Positions 47,798 to 58,620 of a stretch of DNA of 64,000 nt are shown here, one piece after another (within the stretch, counting starts at the first letter, position 1; each line of letters starts with the position of its first letter). The stretch is from Magallana gigas. Its lineage: Eukaryota. The translations under genes and the position numbers were made by a program. Location: NCBI RefSeq assembly GCF_963853765.1, contig NC_088860.1, positions 37,138,001-37,202,000 on the forward strand, given 5' to 3'. The notes beneath the pieces are model-generated. The model worked only from the letters and a program-made list of their open reading frames with translations, did no database searches and was not told the DNA's origin.

Positions 47798-47975
47798 TAC
47801 TGTTAAAGTGGCTATTTACGCTGGTGGTTAAGTACGCGTGTTCAATGGTCAAATAATACGCGTGGCTGTAAAATACACGGATGTATGATTTACACCTATA
47901 TAACGTTTTAACTATTTACAATACGCGCGGGAGTCTTTTACGCGGTTTTAAGGTTTTCGCGTAACTAGTGTACCT
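47798..47975. mobile_element. TACTGT-start MITE family 2, copy 2
   Basis: Shared start and ACGCG motifs with 30476. Confidence 0.55.
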
Positions 47976-47984
47976 AAAAGACTT

Positions 47985-48590
47985 AAATGCTTAATCTTGG
48001 CCATGAATTTCAGATGCTGGAGAGGGTAAAGGTTTTTGGAGCAGGTTAAGGTGCTTTGAGCAGGTGCCTTTTGATTGCCATGTCCAAATTACTACTGGTC
48101 CTATCTTCACCAAACATGTACTGATGGTGCGTCTTATGATACTTAGATTAATCACTTGAAAGGCTTGAATGCCGACTCTGAGACAAAGGTTTCAGATGCT
48201 GGATGAGTTTAAGGTGTTCGGAGCTGGTTAAAGTATTTCGAGCAGGTGGCCTTTAATGACAATATCCTACTTACTACTGGTCCTAACTTCAATAAACTTG
48301 CATGAGTGTTGTATCTTGTGATACTGGTGCATTCTACAGGCTAAAATGCTGAATATAAGCCGAAGTTTTTGGATGCTGGAATAAGTTAAGGTGTTCAGCT
48401 GTTTAAATTTTTGGAGCAGGTGTACTTTGATTGACAAATCATAGTTATCATTGGTTTAAGCCTTCCCAGATTTGGAGAAATGATGCACTTTGTAAAATTG
48501 ATGCACGCCACAAGCTTGATTGCTTTATCTGAGTTATGTTTCGGATGCTCGATGAGGTAAAGATTTTTGGAACAGGTTACATGTTTATGT
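47985..48590. repeat. Degenerate satellite-like array, unit about 180 bp, about 3.5 copies
   Basis: Recurring TTTC(A/G)GATGCT(G/C)GA, GAGCAGGT and TTACTACTGGTCCTA. Confidence 0.7.
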
Positions 48591-50092
48591 AAATAAATGA
48601 ACTTATTTTAACTTGCATAGTTGATTTAACTGTGTAAATGAATCACAGAGGTAGCTTCAGATCTAGATACGGAAAGTGACCTTGATTTTCTAGATCATGA
48701 GATTTTCAAACACCTCAAATTATGATAGGGTTTACTGCAAATGATAGATCTAATATTGTTTAATAGTAGGCCTATTATTTATCATTCAGCATAGCAAAGT
48801 TTGGAATACTCTACAGAACATTCCCTTTTGTTACAATATGAGAGCACATGTGTATATCATGACACATTATTCTATTGTATCATTTAAAACCAATTATCTT
48901 CATTTTTGCAGATATATATTTGTATGTATGATTGAAGGAATTCATAACAACGTACATAAAAAGTCATGTTATTTTACACATTTTAATCATAATAATTGTA
49001 GAAATTTTTTTTTTTTTTCTAAATCTAAAAATAAATTTTTGTAACTTTTGTTATTAAAATTGATAAATTTCTTCAAGTTTTTTTTTATCCTTCTATGCTA
49101 CAAAATGGTGTCTGAAAATGTCATTGTTAGTTATGCAGATAAACAGGTTTGTTCTCGTTTAGTCTGTCCCAAGATATTTATGCAGCACATTTGGACGATT
49201 TTTTAATAAAAATACACATACCTGTGAAAGAAGTGCAATTGAAATAGGCTAGTTGAAAGGGATAATTTCCAAGATAATTTCATTGACACATTATCATCTT
49301 TCACTCGGAAAAATTCACAGGAACGAAAAAAGATTCCTTACGGAGATTTATTATGGGGAATGTTTACATTTTTTCTCCATTCGGAATACACTCGGAATAC
49401 ATAGCGCAATTTTACAACGTTATCATCCAGGCTTACTGCAATACAAAATCCCCGTAGACTTCACATTTTTTAGCATTGTATTGAAAGCTGATAAGCTAAC
49501 AGGGGCGTTTCGAATGAGAAATCTTGGAAATTTTTCATTCTTTTGAATGAACATCGTTTGAACCCTGAGGTATTTATAAATATCATGCAATAAAGCAAAA
49601 TGTAAATCTAGGATATCTTGGGACAGAGTATAGTAGCCTTCGCTCCTACTCCTAGTCTGAATTAAATGTCATTCTCTGTATAACAAGAGAACAAATCAAA
49701 GCTATAATAAAAGGTAGAGAAGTTGGATTCTGATTTAGTTAATTAAGTTGTTATTAGCATGGCCATTTTTAGAATATTTTGATTTTTTTTTAAAAAGAGC
49801 ATCATATTAAGGAAAATATTCAGCTTTAAAAGTTAAAGCATAAGGGTAATTTTTTGGAAAATAATAATTTATATCTAAAATAATTTTATCTTTAAAATTA
49901 GACATGTAGACAGATGTGTAATTTGTTGACTTATAGACCACACATGATAATTCTTTCACTTCAACATTCGACCATGTTTTGACAATTAAAATTTAAAAGA
50001 CCTCAGACAGATTTTGAAATCGTATTTTTGAAAAAGAAATACTATATATATGTTTATCGTTACCTTAAACGATATCTGTTGTCAAATCTATT

Positions 50093-50262
50093 AATCTAAT
50101 TAAAATTAGATCTTCGACCCGCTCCAAATAGATCGCTACACAAAGATCTAACGAAAACCCTTTCACAGGTCAAATCCAGTGACCTTTTCAGTCTACCAAT
50201 CAGCGTGCAATTTGTGTAGCGATCTATTAGGAGCGGATCAAAGATCTAATTTTAATTAGATT
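50093..50262. mobile_element. 170-bp MITE with ~55-bp TIRs, possibly Mutator-like
   Basis: AATCTAATTAAAATTAGATCTT..CGCTCC..ATAGATCGCTACACAAA and its reverse complement. Flanks CAAATCTATT / CAAACCTATT form a candidate ~10-bp TSD. Confidence 0.7.
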
Positions 50263-50491
50263 GCAAACCTATTAATTTAGAATCAACATGAATAACCATC
50301 TTTCTCAAAAATCAAAATTTGAGTTCCGCCACATTTTCTTGACGCTTGCCATCTACTATTGTCCTTCCGCGAAGCTCAATGCATAACTGTTACTAATCTA
50401 ACAGTTCAAACATTATTAGCAAATGTTAGTGACTTGCAAAGAAAACGAAATTATAGAAAACAAAAAGACAAACATAAGTTTGTGCTACATT

Positions 50492-50616
50492 TTTAATGTA
50501 AAAGTCCCCGGGCGTCTGACAAAAACATGAATATAACATACATTGAAAGTTTTATTTGTAAGCGACGATATTGTTACATCTGGTACCTCCAATCTTCAAT
50601 GGTCGATTTCAATAGC
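50492..50616 (-). other. Gene C non-coding last exon with AGACGCCCG motif and ATTAAA
   Basis: Candidate donor CAC|GTAACC at 50967/50966 (weak). Acceptor ATCTTTCAG|GCT at 50617/50616. Motif 50517-50509, ATTAAA 50497-50492. Confidence 0.7.
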
Positions 50617-50989
50617 CTGAAAGATATTTAAAAAAACAAAACACTGAGTATTTCGAATGTTCCGTCACAGCAACGAAAAATCTTGAGTGTTTTTTCTTTG
50701 CTTGATATTTCAGAAAATATGTAATGATGTAAATTATTCCATCAAATTTTGACAAATTTAACTTGTGAATTGATATTTTTCCTAATTCCTATCTTAAAAA
50801 AACTAAAAATCAACTTATCAAGTCGTTATTTATTTCTATCCTATAGAAAACCCCTAATATCATTGAAACTGAAGAAAAAAATATAGCAAAGTCTTATAAT
50901 GATGGACTTTTAATTTTACTTTAAGTTGTTACCTAAGGGATTAAAAATTATTGTAAACTAGGTTACGTGCTAGGGGGCATGGCTATCCG

Positions 50990-52057
50990 CTAGTCAAACC
51001 CAGGGCTTCCAACGGAACCGGCAGAGTCGCCGTCAAAACCGGAAACCCCCACATTATTAAAATTGTATTCTAGGTAGCGTCCTGGAGAGCTCAGTGGTTC
51101 TGCTAGTCCGGCACTTCCGGTTCCGCGACCTCGAGACCCTTGTCCTTCCAATGCACTAAACTGAGTGTTGAAGCTTAGTCCATCTCCACCTTGAAGGTTG
51201 AAGTCCAACCCAGGGCTTCCAACGGAACCGGGAAAGTCGCCGTCAAAACCGGAAACCCCAGTCCTAGAAGAACTGCTGAATCCAGATGACGAGAATCGAT
51301 CGCCAAGATCGAAGCGTCCGTCTAAATCATCATACGGATTAGGATAAAGAGATGATGATCCGTCCAATCCAAGGTAGGGTTCATAGACTGAGCCTGCACC
51401 GCTACGTCCAAGGCTGTCTTCATAGTCATATCCTATTGACCCGGATCTTCTTGAAAAGAAACCGCCTGAAAATTGTCCACCCCTTAAAGCCCTGATACCA
51501 TCAAAACTTCCGCTACCGGTAAGTACATCGTCATCATAATATAGTCTGTCATCAGTAAGAGGTCCGTCTCCGTTCAGGGATCCGAAGCCGTCAGTACTGG
51601 GACCATCTAAAGGTCCTCCAGGATAAGGATCGACACCATCTCCGCGACCTAAACCTCTACCAGGTCCAAACCCAGACAAAGGTCCATCAAAATCATAAGG
51701 TCCATCATCAGGCACATAAGGTAATCTGCCAAATTCATTGTAGGTTTGGAATCCACCAGAGAATGGCGCTACTGTTCTAATTGTAGTGCTTCTCCTGGTG
51801 TAGGGATACACGGAACTCAACCCGATGCTTCGTCCTCCGGTAACACCACCGGCCAGGAAAGTAGAACCAAAAGTACGGCTCAGGGAGGATCCGGAAATGC
51901 TGCCGAAGCGGCTGAGGGTATCCCTGTTGTATCCCGCGTAAACTGGGGCGAGGATTCCCGTTATTCCTAAATTGATGAATCTTGGGCCTCTGTACCTAGT
52001 TCCTTGAACTGAGGCTACGACGACTGCCGCTAAAAGTGCAAAGACAAGTCCTCGCAT
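50990..52057 (-). CDS. Secreted Gly/Asp/Ser-rich silk-like protein (gene C), 355 aa, inverted paralog of gene B
   Basis: Acceptor TAG at 52069, signal peptide MRGLVFALLAAVVVASVQG. N-terminal ~125 aa and C-terminal block nearly identical to gene B. Confidence 0.88.
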   Translation of the reverse strand: MRGLVFALLAAVVVASVQGTRYRGPRFINLGITGILAPVYAGYNRDTLSRFGSISGSSLSRTFGSTFLAGGVTGGRSIGLSSVYPYTRRSTTIRTVAPFSGGFQTYNEFGRLPYVPDDGPYDFDGPLSGFGPGRGLGRGDGVDPYPGGPLDGPSTDGFGSLNGDGPLTDDRLYYDDDVLTGSGSFDGIRALRGGQFSGGFFSRRSGSIGYDYEDSLGRSGAGSVYEPYLGLDGSSSLYPNPYDDLDGRFDLGDRFSSSGFSSSSRTGVSGFDGDFPGSVGSPGLDFNLQGGDGLSFNTQFSALEGQGSRGRGTGSAGLAEPLSSPGRYLEYNFNNVGVSGFDGDSAGSVGSPGFD

Positions 52058-52430
52058 TGTGATGGACCCTAGAATTACAGAAAAGTCTAAATCTATTCAT
52101 AACGTTTTTAATTGATATTTATAACGTTTTATAAACATCAGTTTGTTGAGTAACGATAATGTCATGTGTTTCTCCGAGGAAGGTTAAATTACAAATAATT
52201 CTCAATTATAAAGTTAGTTTTATGAAAATAAACTGTTCTCTAAAATTATAAGAAATCAGAATTTACTCTTCCAAACGAAAGGGTAGATTTGGTAAAACAA
52301 AAGTTTCAGACATCTTTTTATCTATAGGAACAATATAATCTAAGTTGTTTTCATAATATATAAAACAAAATTAAGATTATCTGAGTTTGTTTCTTACACT
52401 TTTGTGTTCATTTAAGTCGTCTTCTCTTAC

Positions 52431-52480
52431 CTTGTGAACGAGCACCCGGGACTTCAGAAGCACAAATGCTAATTTTTCGT
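52431..52480 (-). other. Gene C non-coding exon 1 (3' part)
   Basis: TACGAAAAATTAGCATTTGT..CCCGGG..GTTCACAAG|GTAAGA, homologous to gene B exon 1. Confidence 0.75.
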
Positions 52481-53244
52481 AGCTGTAAACGTCTTTTTAT
52501 TTTGAGCTAATGTTGAAGGAGTATCCCTTTTCTTTTCTTTTTTCAATCAGATTTTTCACTCGAAAAAAAATGCCCACCTTTCATACTGGCGCACATCAAT
52601 TATTCGTGCTTGGTCTGCGGAACCAAAGAACACCCATCAATTGTCGTTATACATCCGCTGACAAATTAGTACCAGTTAATAATATATGTGTTTCTACTTT
52701 TAATCTGCATTGTGATTTTATAATCAGATAAGTGGGCGAATTATTAATGGATCTTTTCCTGGTACTACGGCATATTTTCTTCTTTTTTATTTCGTATTAT
52801 TTTGTCATAATTATAAACGTCAATAGAATTGTATGTTGCACATTGTTGCTATTTTTTTTTTATCATTGATGTATAACCATGTATAACGAAAATGTATATT
52901 TAAGATGTTGAGAATATTTTCTATGGTTTTAGTTCGATGGTAATTGACTTTAATGATCTTTTTAAATCTTTTGAAAATTCCTCCTGACTGCAAGGTGATA
53001 GAATGTAATTTAATGTTCATCAAACGTCTCAACTGTAACAAAGAAAAAAGCTACATAGAAGTCAAGTGTAACTGTTAGTAGTTTAACAAAAAATATACTA
53101 ATAAGAAAGTGTGGATAGAGTGACAATTCCGTTCAGCTCGAAAGTCTTGTTACACTAATTAAGTTTATGCAATTACACAACGATTTGAAAATTAACGCAG
53201 GTACATGTATATAAATAGGCTTGTACCAGGGCGATGGTAAAGTG

Positions 53245-54838
53245 AAACAAGAGACCCATGGGCCACATTGCTCACCTGAGCAACAATAGACATCATAAAA
53301 TCAGCTTTAGAGAGTCATATACAAAAACAAATATGGACAATGTAGTCTAACAGATCCTGTATTTTAAAAAAAATCAATTTTTTCCCTGGCAATTCTGTTT
53401 ATCATTGATCCCTTTGTGTCACAGTATAGGCATTTCACATATTGGGCATTACAGTTCTCAAGAAGATCGAATTCAAATGGGATATAAACCTACATCAAAC
53501 TTGTAAAGCCCAAGAACTGTCTAGGGGACAAAGTCTAAACAATTTTAAAGAATCAACAATATGTCAAAATGCTTACAAATAAGTAAAACCATATATTATA
53601 ACGTTAACATTTTAGTTTTGTTTTCCTTTGTAAAATTAGACCCCCCCCCATGTGGCTCCACCCTACTCCTGAAAAATATGATTTTGACGAATTTGAATCT
53701 ACACTATCTAAGGTTGCTTTCACTAATGTTGAACCTTTTCTAAGAAAATGATTTTTTCAGAAAAAGATTTTTTCTCAATATTTCAGTTGTAAAGATTTAA
53801 CCCCTCCCCATTGTGCCCCTACCCTACCCCAGGGATCATAATTTGACCAAACTTGAGTCTACCCTACCTGAAGATACTTCACTCAAGTAACAGTTGTGTT
53901 CTAAGTAAGAGATTTAGAATAAAAAAAATTCTTTATATTCCTATGTAAAAATCTGACCCCCAATTGTGGCCCCACCTTACCCCCGGGGACCATGATTTGG
54001 ACAAACTTGAATCTTAACTATCTGAGGATGCTTTCACACAAGTTTCAGCTATTCTTGCCAAATGGTATTTGACTAGAAGATTTTTAAAGACTAACTCTAT
54101 ATATTCCTATGTAAAACGTTGACCCCCCCCCAATCCCATTGTGGCCCAATCTTACCACTGGGGACTATGATTTGAACAAACTTGAATCTACACTATCTAA
54201 GGATGCTTCCTCACAAGTTTCTGAATCAGCTTTTCTGGTCTAATGGTGTTTGAGAAGAAGATTTTGAAAGATTAACTCTATATACTCCTATGTAAAACTT
54301 CAACCCCCCCCCCCTACATTGTGGACCATGATTTTAACAAATTTGAATCTACACTATCTGAAGATGCTTCCATACAAGTTTCAGCTTTTCTGGTCTAAAA
54401 GTGTTTGAGGAGATGATTTTTAAAGTTTAACATTATATATACTCCTATGTAAAACATTGACCCCCCCCCCTTGTGGCCCCACCTTACCCCCGGGAACCAT
54501 GATTTGAACAAACCTGAATATACATTCTCTGAGGATGCTTCCACACAAGTTTCAGCTTTTCTGGCCAAATGTTTTTTTAGAAAAAGATTTTTGAGAAATA
54601 TTCCCAAATTTTGAATAAATCCAAATTATTTCCCCTAAAAATAGGGTGTCTCATTTTAACAAACTTGAATCCCCTTTACCCAATGATGCCAAGTTTGGTT
54701 GAAATTGGCCTAGTGGTTTAGGAGAAGAAATCGAAAATGTAAAAAAAAGTTTACAGACAGACGGACGGACGGATGGACGCCGGACAAAAAGTGATCAGAA
54801 AAGCTCACTTCAGCTTTCAACTCAGGCGAGCTAAAAAA
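53245..54838. mobile_element. HINE (non-autonomous Helentron-like) element with an internal Cg170-type satellite array of about 6 monomers
   Basis: Start AAACAAGAGACCCATGGGCCACATTGCTCACCTGAG. Monomers of about 165-180 bp from about 53620-54600 (TTTGAACAAACTTGAATCTACAC..GGATGCTTCCAC..AAGTTTCAGCTTTTCTGG). (GACG/GACA)n tract, terminal hairpin AGCTCAC..G(C)GAGCT plus A-run. Matches the published oyster Cg_HINE layout as recalled. Confidence 0.85.
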
Positions 54839-55144
54839 ATTCTCTGATTTGATAATTCACACGTATTATTTATTTAGCGAGTCGCGCGAATCAAATCATA
54901 TGTTAATCATTTAGTCGTGGGCTTTTTAAGTCAGAGTCTGAATTGGAAGTAGACACATGTACATACGTAGATGAGAATCAGATACAGGTCGTCCGTGTAA
55001 ACCGTTATATTTACATTCACTGTAAATTTCCCCATACACTGTATGTTTGCATTGGAAATCTGCGACATTCAATTTTCTATAATTACATCTACCAAGTATT
55101 ATTCCCTCTATTTCTAACGGAAATTTATAGTTAATTCATAACTC

Positions 55145-55422
55145 TAAAGAAACAACCAGACTGAAATCTACACGCCCCGTTTATCGATTGGTCGAAATCT
55201 ACAGCGGCTGAAACTGACAAGAAACTGACAGGACTGAAATTGACACGGCCTATTTATCGATTGGTCGAAATCTACAGCGGCTGAAACTGACAAGAAACAG
55301 ACAGGATGTCCTGTTTCTCGATTGGTCGAAACCTACAGCGAGCTAAGAAAAATCACAGACTGCGCGAAATAATCATGGTGATGTCAAACTCAAAGTCTCA
55401 CAGGAGACGATTCATCTGTAAC
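55145..55422. repeat. Dispersed CCAATCGAT-unit repeat, copy 2 (inverted, 3 internal units)
   Basis: TCGATTGGTC at about 55184, 55257 and 55318; otherwise collinear with the reverse complement of 17140-17350. Confidence 0.85.
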
Positions 55423-55660
55423 AAAAAGAATTGTGTTTTTACGACTAGGACCACCTGGTATTTACTTCGGAGTGGGTTTATAATATTTAAGATAAAAAGC
55501 AGAATTACATGACGTTCTTTCCACTTACTCATATAAGATAAAATGTCAAGTTTCTGGCACTATATTTTTTGTCGCGGAAGTTGATAATTTGAATAAATCA
55601 AATAAATATTTATAGTTTTAACCATTATTTAGTTATGATTTTAATACATTATGAAGTTGA

Positions 55661-55830
55661 CAGGGATGGGGTGATCAGTCGTAATCAGTAATCTTAATTA
55701 GTTGTAATTGATTACAGGTTGCTGAGTAATCAGTAGTCATTCATTTTTCTGATTACAAGTAATCGTAATTTCATCGATTACTCTTAAAAGAAAGGCCTGT
55801 AATCATGATTAATTTTTGATTACTTTTATG
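55661..55830. mobile_element. hAT-like terminal fragment with GTAATC/GATTAC subterminal motifs
   Basis: CAGGGATGGG start followed by many GTAATC/GATTAC hexamers. Confidence 0.45.
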
Positions 55831-56019
55831 ATTACAGTAGTAAAATAAAATTTAATGCTTTAAAGCATAGTTCATGAAATATATTAGGTGAATAAGGTTT
55901 AATGTTAGGTATGGTTTCAGGAAGAAATGAGTGTAAGTATACATGTGTTAAACAACTCAGATGATACATGTGTGCTTTAAGCTATAGTATATAGACAATC
56001 TTAAAAGAGATAAATCGCA

Positions 56020-57705
56020 TGGTCTTGATTATATTTTGAATGAATATTATACTTATGCCATTATTTACATAGATTTTTAATCGTATATTACCATCCAGTT
56101 ATTTTCCTACCCAATGGTCAGCTGCGGTTATTGTTCCTGTTTTTAAAAAGGGTGACCCAGTTGACCCCAGCAATTATCGAGGTATAAGTCTTATCAGCTG
56201 TTTTTGTAAATTGTTTACCTCAATATTGAATCATAGACTTTATATTATGGGCATCTTCTAATAGTATTGGCACAGATGCACAGTTCGTTTTTCAACCTAT
56301 GTTAGGTACTACAGAGGCAATTTTTGCACTTCCTTGTCTGTTTCACAAGCGCTTCAAACTAAAAAACGTTTTATTGTTGTTTTGTTGATTATAAGAAGGC
56401 TTTTGACTCTATCAATAGGGAGAAATTGTACAGAAAATTAAAGTATTACGGTATACAGGAAAAGTTCTTGCAGTAATTCGTTCAATGTATTCCGGAATAA
56501 GAACGTGTGTTAAATCTTCTGGTCGTATTTCTAATTTCTTTAAAAATTGTATTGGTCTTTTACAAGGAGAAGTGTTGTCTCCCATGTTGTTTGTATTATA
56601 TGTTAATGTTCTTGAAAATGAATTTAAAAAAGGTATTGCCCCTACTGACCTGCAATTATTAAGTATTTATCTTCTTGTGTATGCTGATTACATGGTATTG
56701 TTTTCTGAATCAATTGATGAGCTACAGAGCATGTTGAATATTTTACAGTTCTATACAAATGAATGGAACCTTGATGTAAATGTATCTAAAACTAAAGTTG
56801 TTATTTTTAGAAATGGTGGGAAGTACCGTACCAACGAGAAATGGCTTTATAACGGTGAAAATTTAGAAATTGTGGACCTGTTTGTTTATCTAGGCGTTGT
56901 GTTCAATTATAATGGTATTTTTTTAACACTGAAAAACAATTAGCGGCACAAGGTCGCAAAGCCATGTTTGCTCTCAAATCAACAATTAATCAGCTTTATT
57001 TAAACCATTGTACTTTGTTTTCTATTTTTGAAACTTATGTGTGTAGTATTTTAAATAATTATTATGGATGTGAAGTTTGGGGTTCCCACAAGGGACAAGA
57101 TATTGAAAAGGTCCACCTTGAGTTTTTACGCTTTGTGCTTGGTGTTCGTAAAACTGAAAATACAACTATGTTATATTTCGAGACTGGGCGTCTACCCTTA
57201 TATCTCATTCGTATATATCGAATGTTTAAGTTCTGGTTTAAATTATTGCAGACAGAAAATTGTATATTAAGAGCTGACTGGTCATATTGTAAAATTTGTG
57301 ACAACGAAAAGCAAAATTATCAAAGCTGGGCAAAATTTATAAAGAACCAATTATATAATTTGGGACTTGGCTACATGTGGAATGGTCAAAGTAATTTAAA
57401 CAGTCGTATTTGTCTACCAATCATTCAGAAAACACTTCAAGACAATTTTATTCAAACGTTGCATGGCAAGATGCAAATAGAAACAAAATGTTTATTTACA
57501 AGCTCTTAGTTGATAATTTTTGCTTACAATATTATTTAGAAAAATCAATAAAAAAAAGTTGTACAAAAAAATTTATTTTTAAAGTGAGGTTGTCCTCACT
57601 TAACCTGCTTATTGAAACAGGGCGACATAAAAATATGCCAAGAGACAAAAGATTTGATTGTAAAACTTGTATTACAGACATTGAATACGAATGTCATTTA
57701 TGAGA
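56020..57705 (+). pseudogene. Decayed non-LTR retrotransposon (LINE) reverse transcriptase region, RTE-X/CR1-like
   Basis: Frameshifted motifs VPVFKKGD..SNYRGISL, KAFDSI, GLLQGEVLSPMLF, YADY (YADD mutated), YGCEVWG, ETGRLPL, IETGRH..CKTC. No endonuclease domain seen, and the 3' end looks truncated. Confidence 0.9.
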
Positions 57706-57825
57706 GTTTCACTTTGATACAGCATATCTAATATAAATGACTTTTTGTAAACTTTTGCATTTTGAAAGTGTATAGTTATCTCCATTGCGAAGATTATATG
57801 AGGACAAATAATTAAACTTCTTTCA

Positions 57826-58323
57826 AGAGGCGTGGTCACGATTTAGGTCAAATTCTATTTTTCTGTTTTCATTATTTACAATGCTTTAGAAATGAATTTC
57901 TAAGGATCAAAGGAAATTTGAGAGTCAATCGTTAGTTTACAAGCAAGATACAAAACTCAAAATTCTTTTTAATGTAAACATGGCTCGTATCCAGTTTTTG
58001 TTTACATAGGTTCACTATACCCGTAAAAATATCTTTTTAAAGCTAATTTGTCTATCTTCTTATTCATCTTATAAAGCATAAATAAACAGTTCCTAACGTT
58101 AAACATTTTTATTTAAGGTCTAAAATTTGGACTTTCCACTTCAACATTCAAATTGTAAATAAAAGCTTGTTTGTTTACATAGTAAAGAATTGCAAGCCAT
58201 GTAACTCGCTTATAACTCAGCGAATGACACTCAAATTTTGGTTGCATATTAAAATGCCTTACTTAAGCATTGTAAACATTAAAATAGGAAATAATTTTTT
58301 ACCAAAGTCGTGACCATGCCCCT
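57826..58323. mobile_element. Kolobok-like non-autonomous element, copy 2
   Basis: Collinear with 8651-9144; flanks TTCA / TTAA. Confidence 0.8.
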
Positions 58324-58511
58324 TTAATACTGTGGAACTTCTTTATTATGAACCTTGTACATAGTAACTAGTTTAGCAGTTAATCGACTATAGGTAACAG
58401 TAGTTCTTATGCAGTTTCTAATAGAGAAAGTCTACGGAAGCTTGTATAGGAAGGATAGTAATGGTCCGGGCTGCACATTACCGGACTTTTTCTACGATCT
58501 CGCTATAACAG

Positions 58512-58620
58512 CATCTTCCCAAGTCAATGTTTTCTGATCCGCTCCGCTCTAGTCAAGGTTTTCTGATCTTTATGTACATGTAGAGCGGAGCGGATCAGAA
58601 ACCCTTGACTTGGGAAGATG
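58512..58620. repeat. 109-bp hairpin (mini-MITE or hairpin RNA)
   Basis: CATCTTCCCAAGTCAATGTTTTCTGATCCGCTCCGCTCTA pairs with TAGAGCGGAGCGGATCAGAAACCCTTGACTTGGGAAGATG. Confidence 0.85.
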
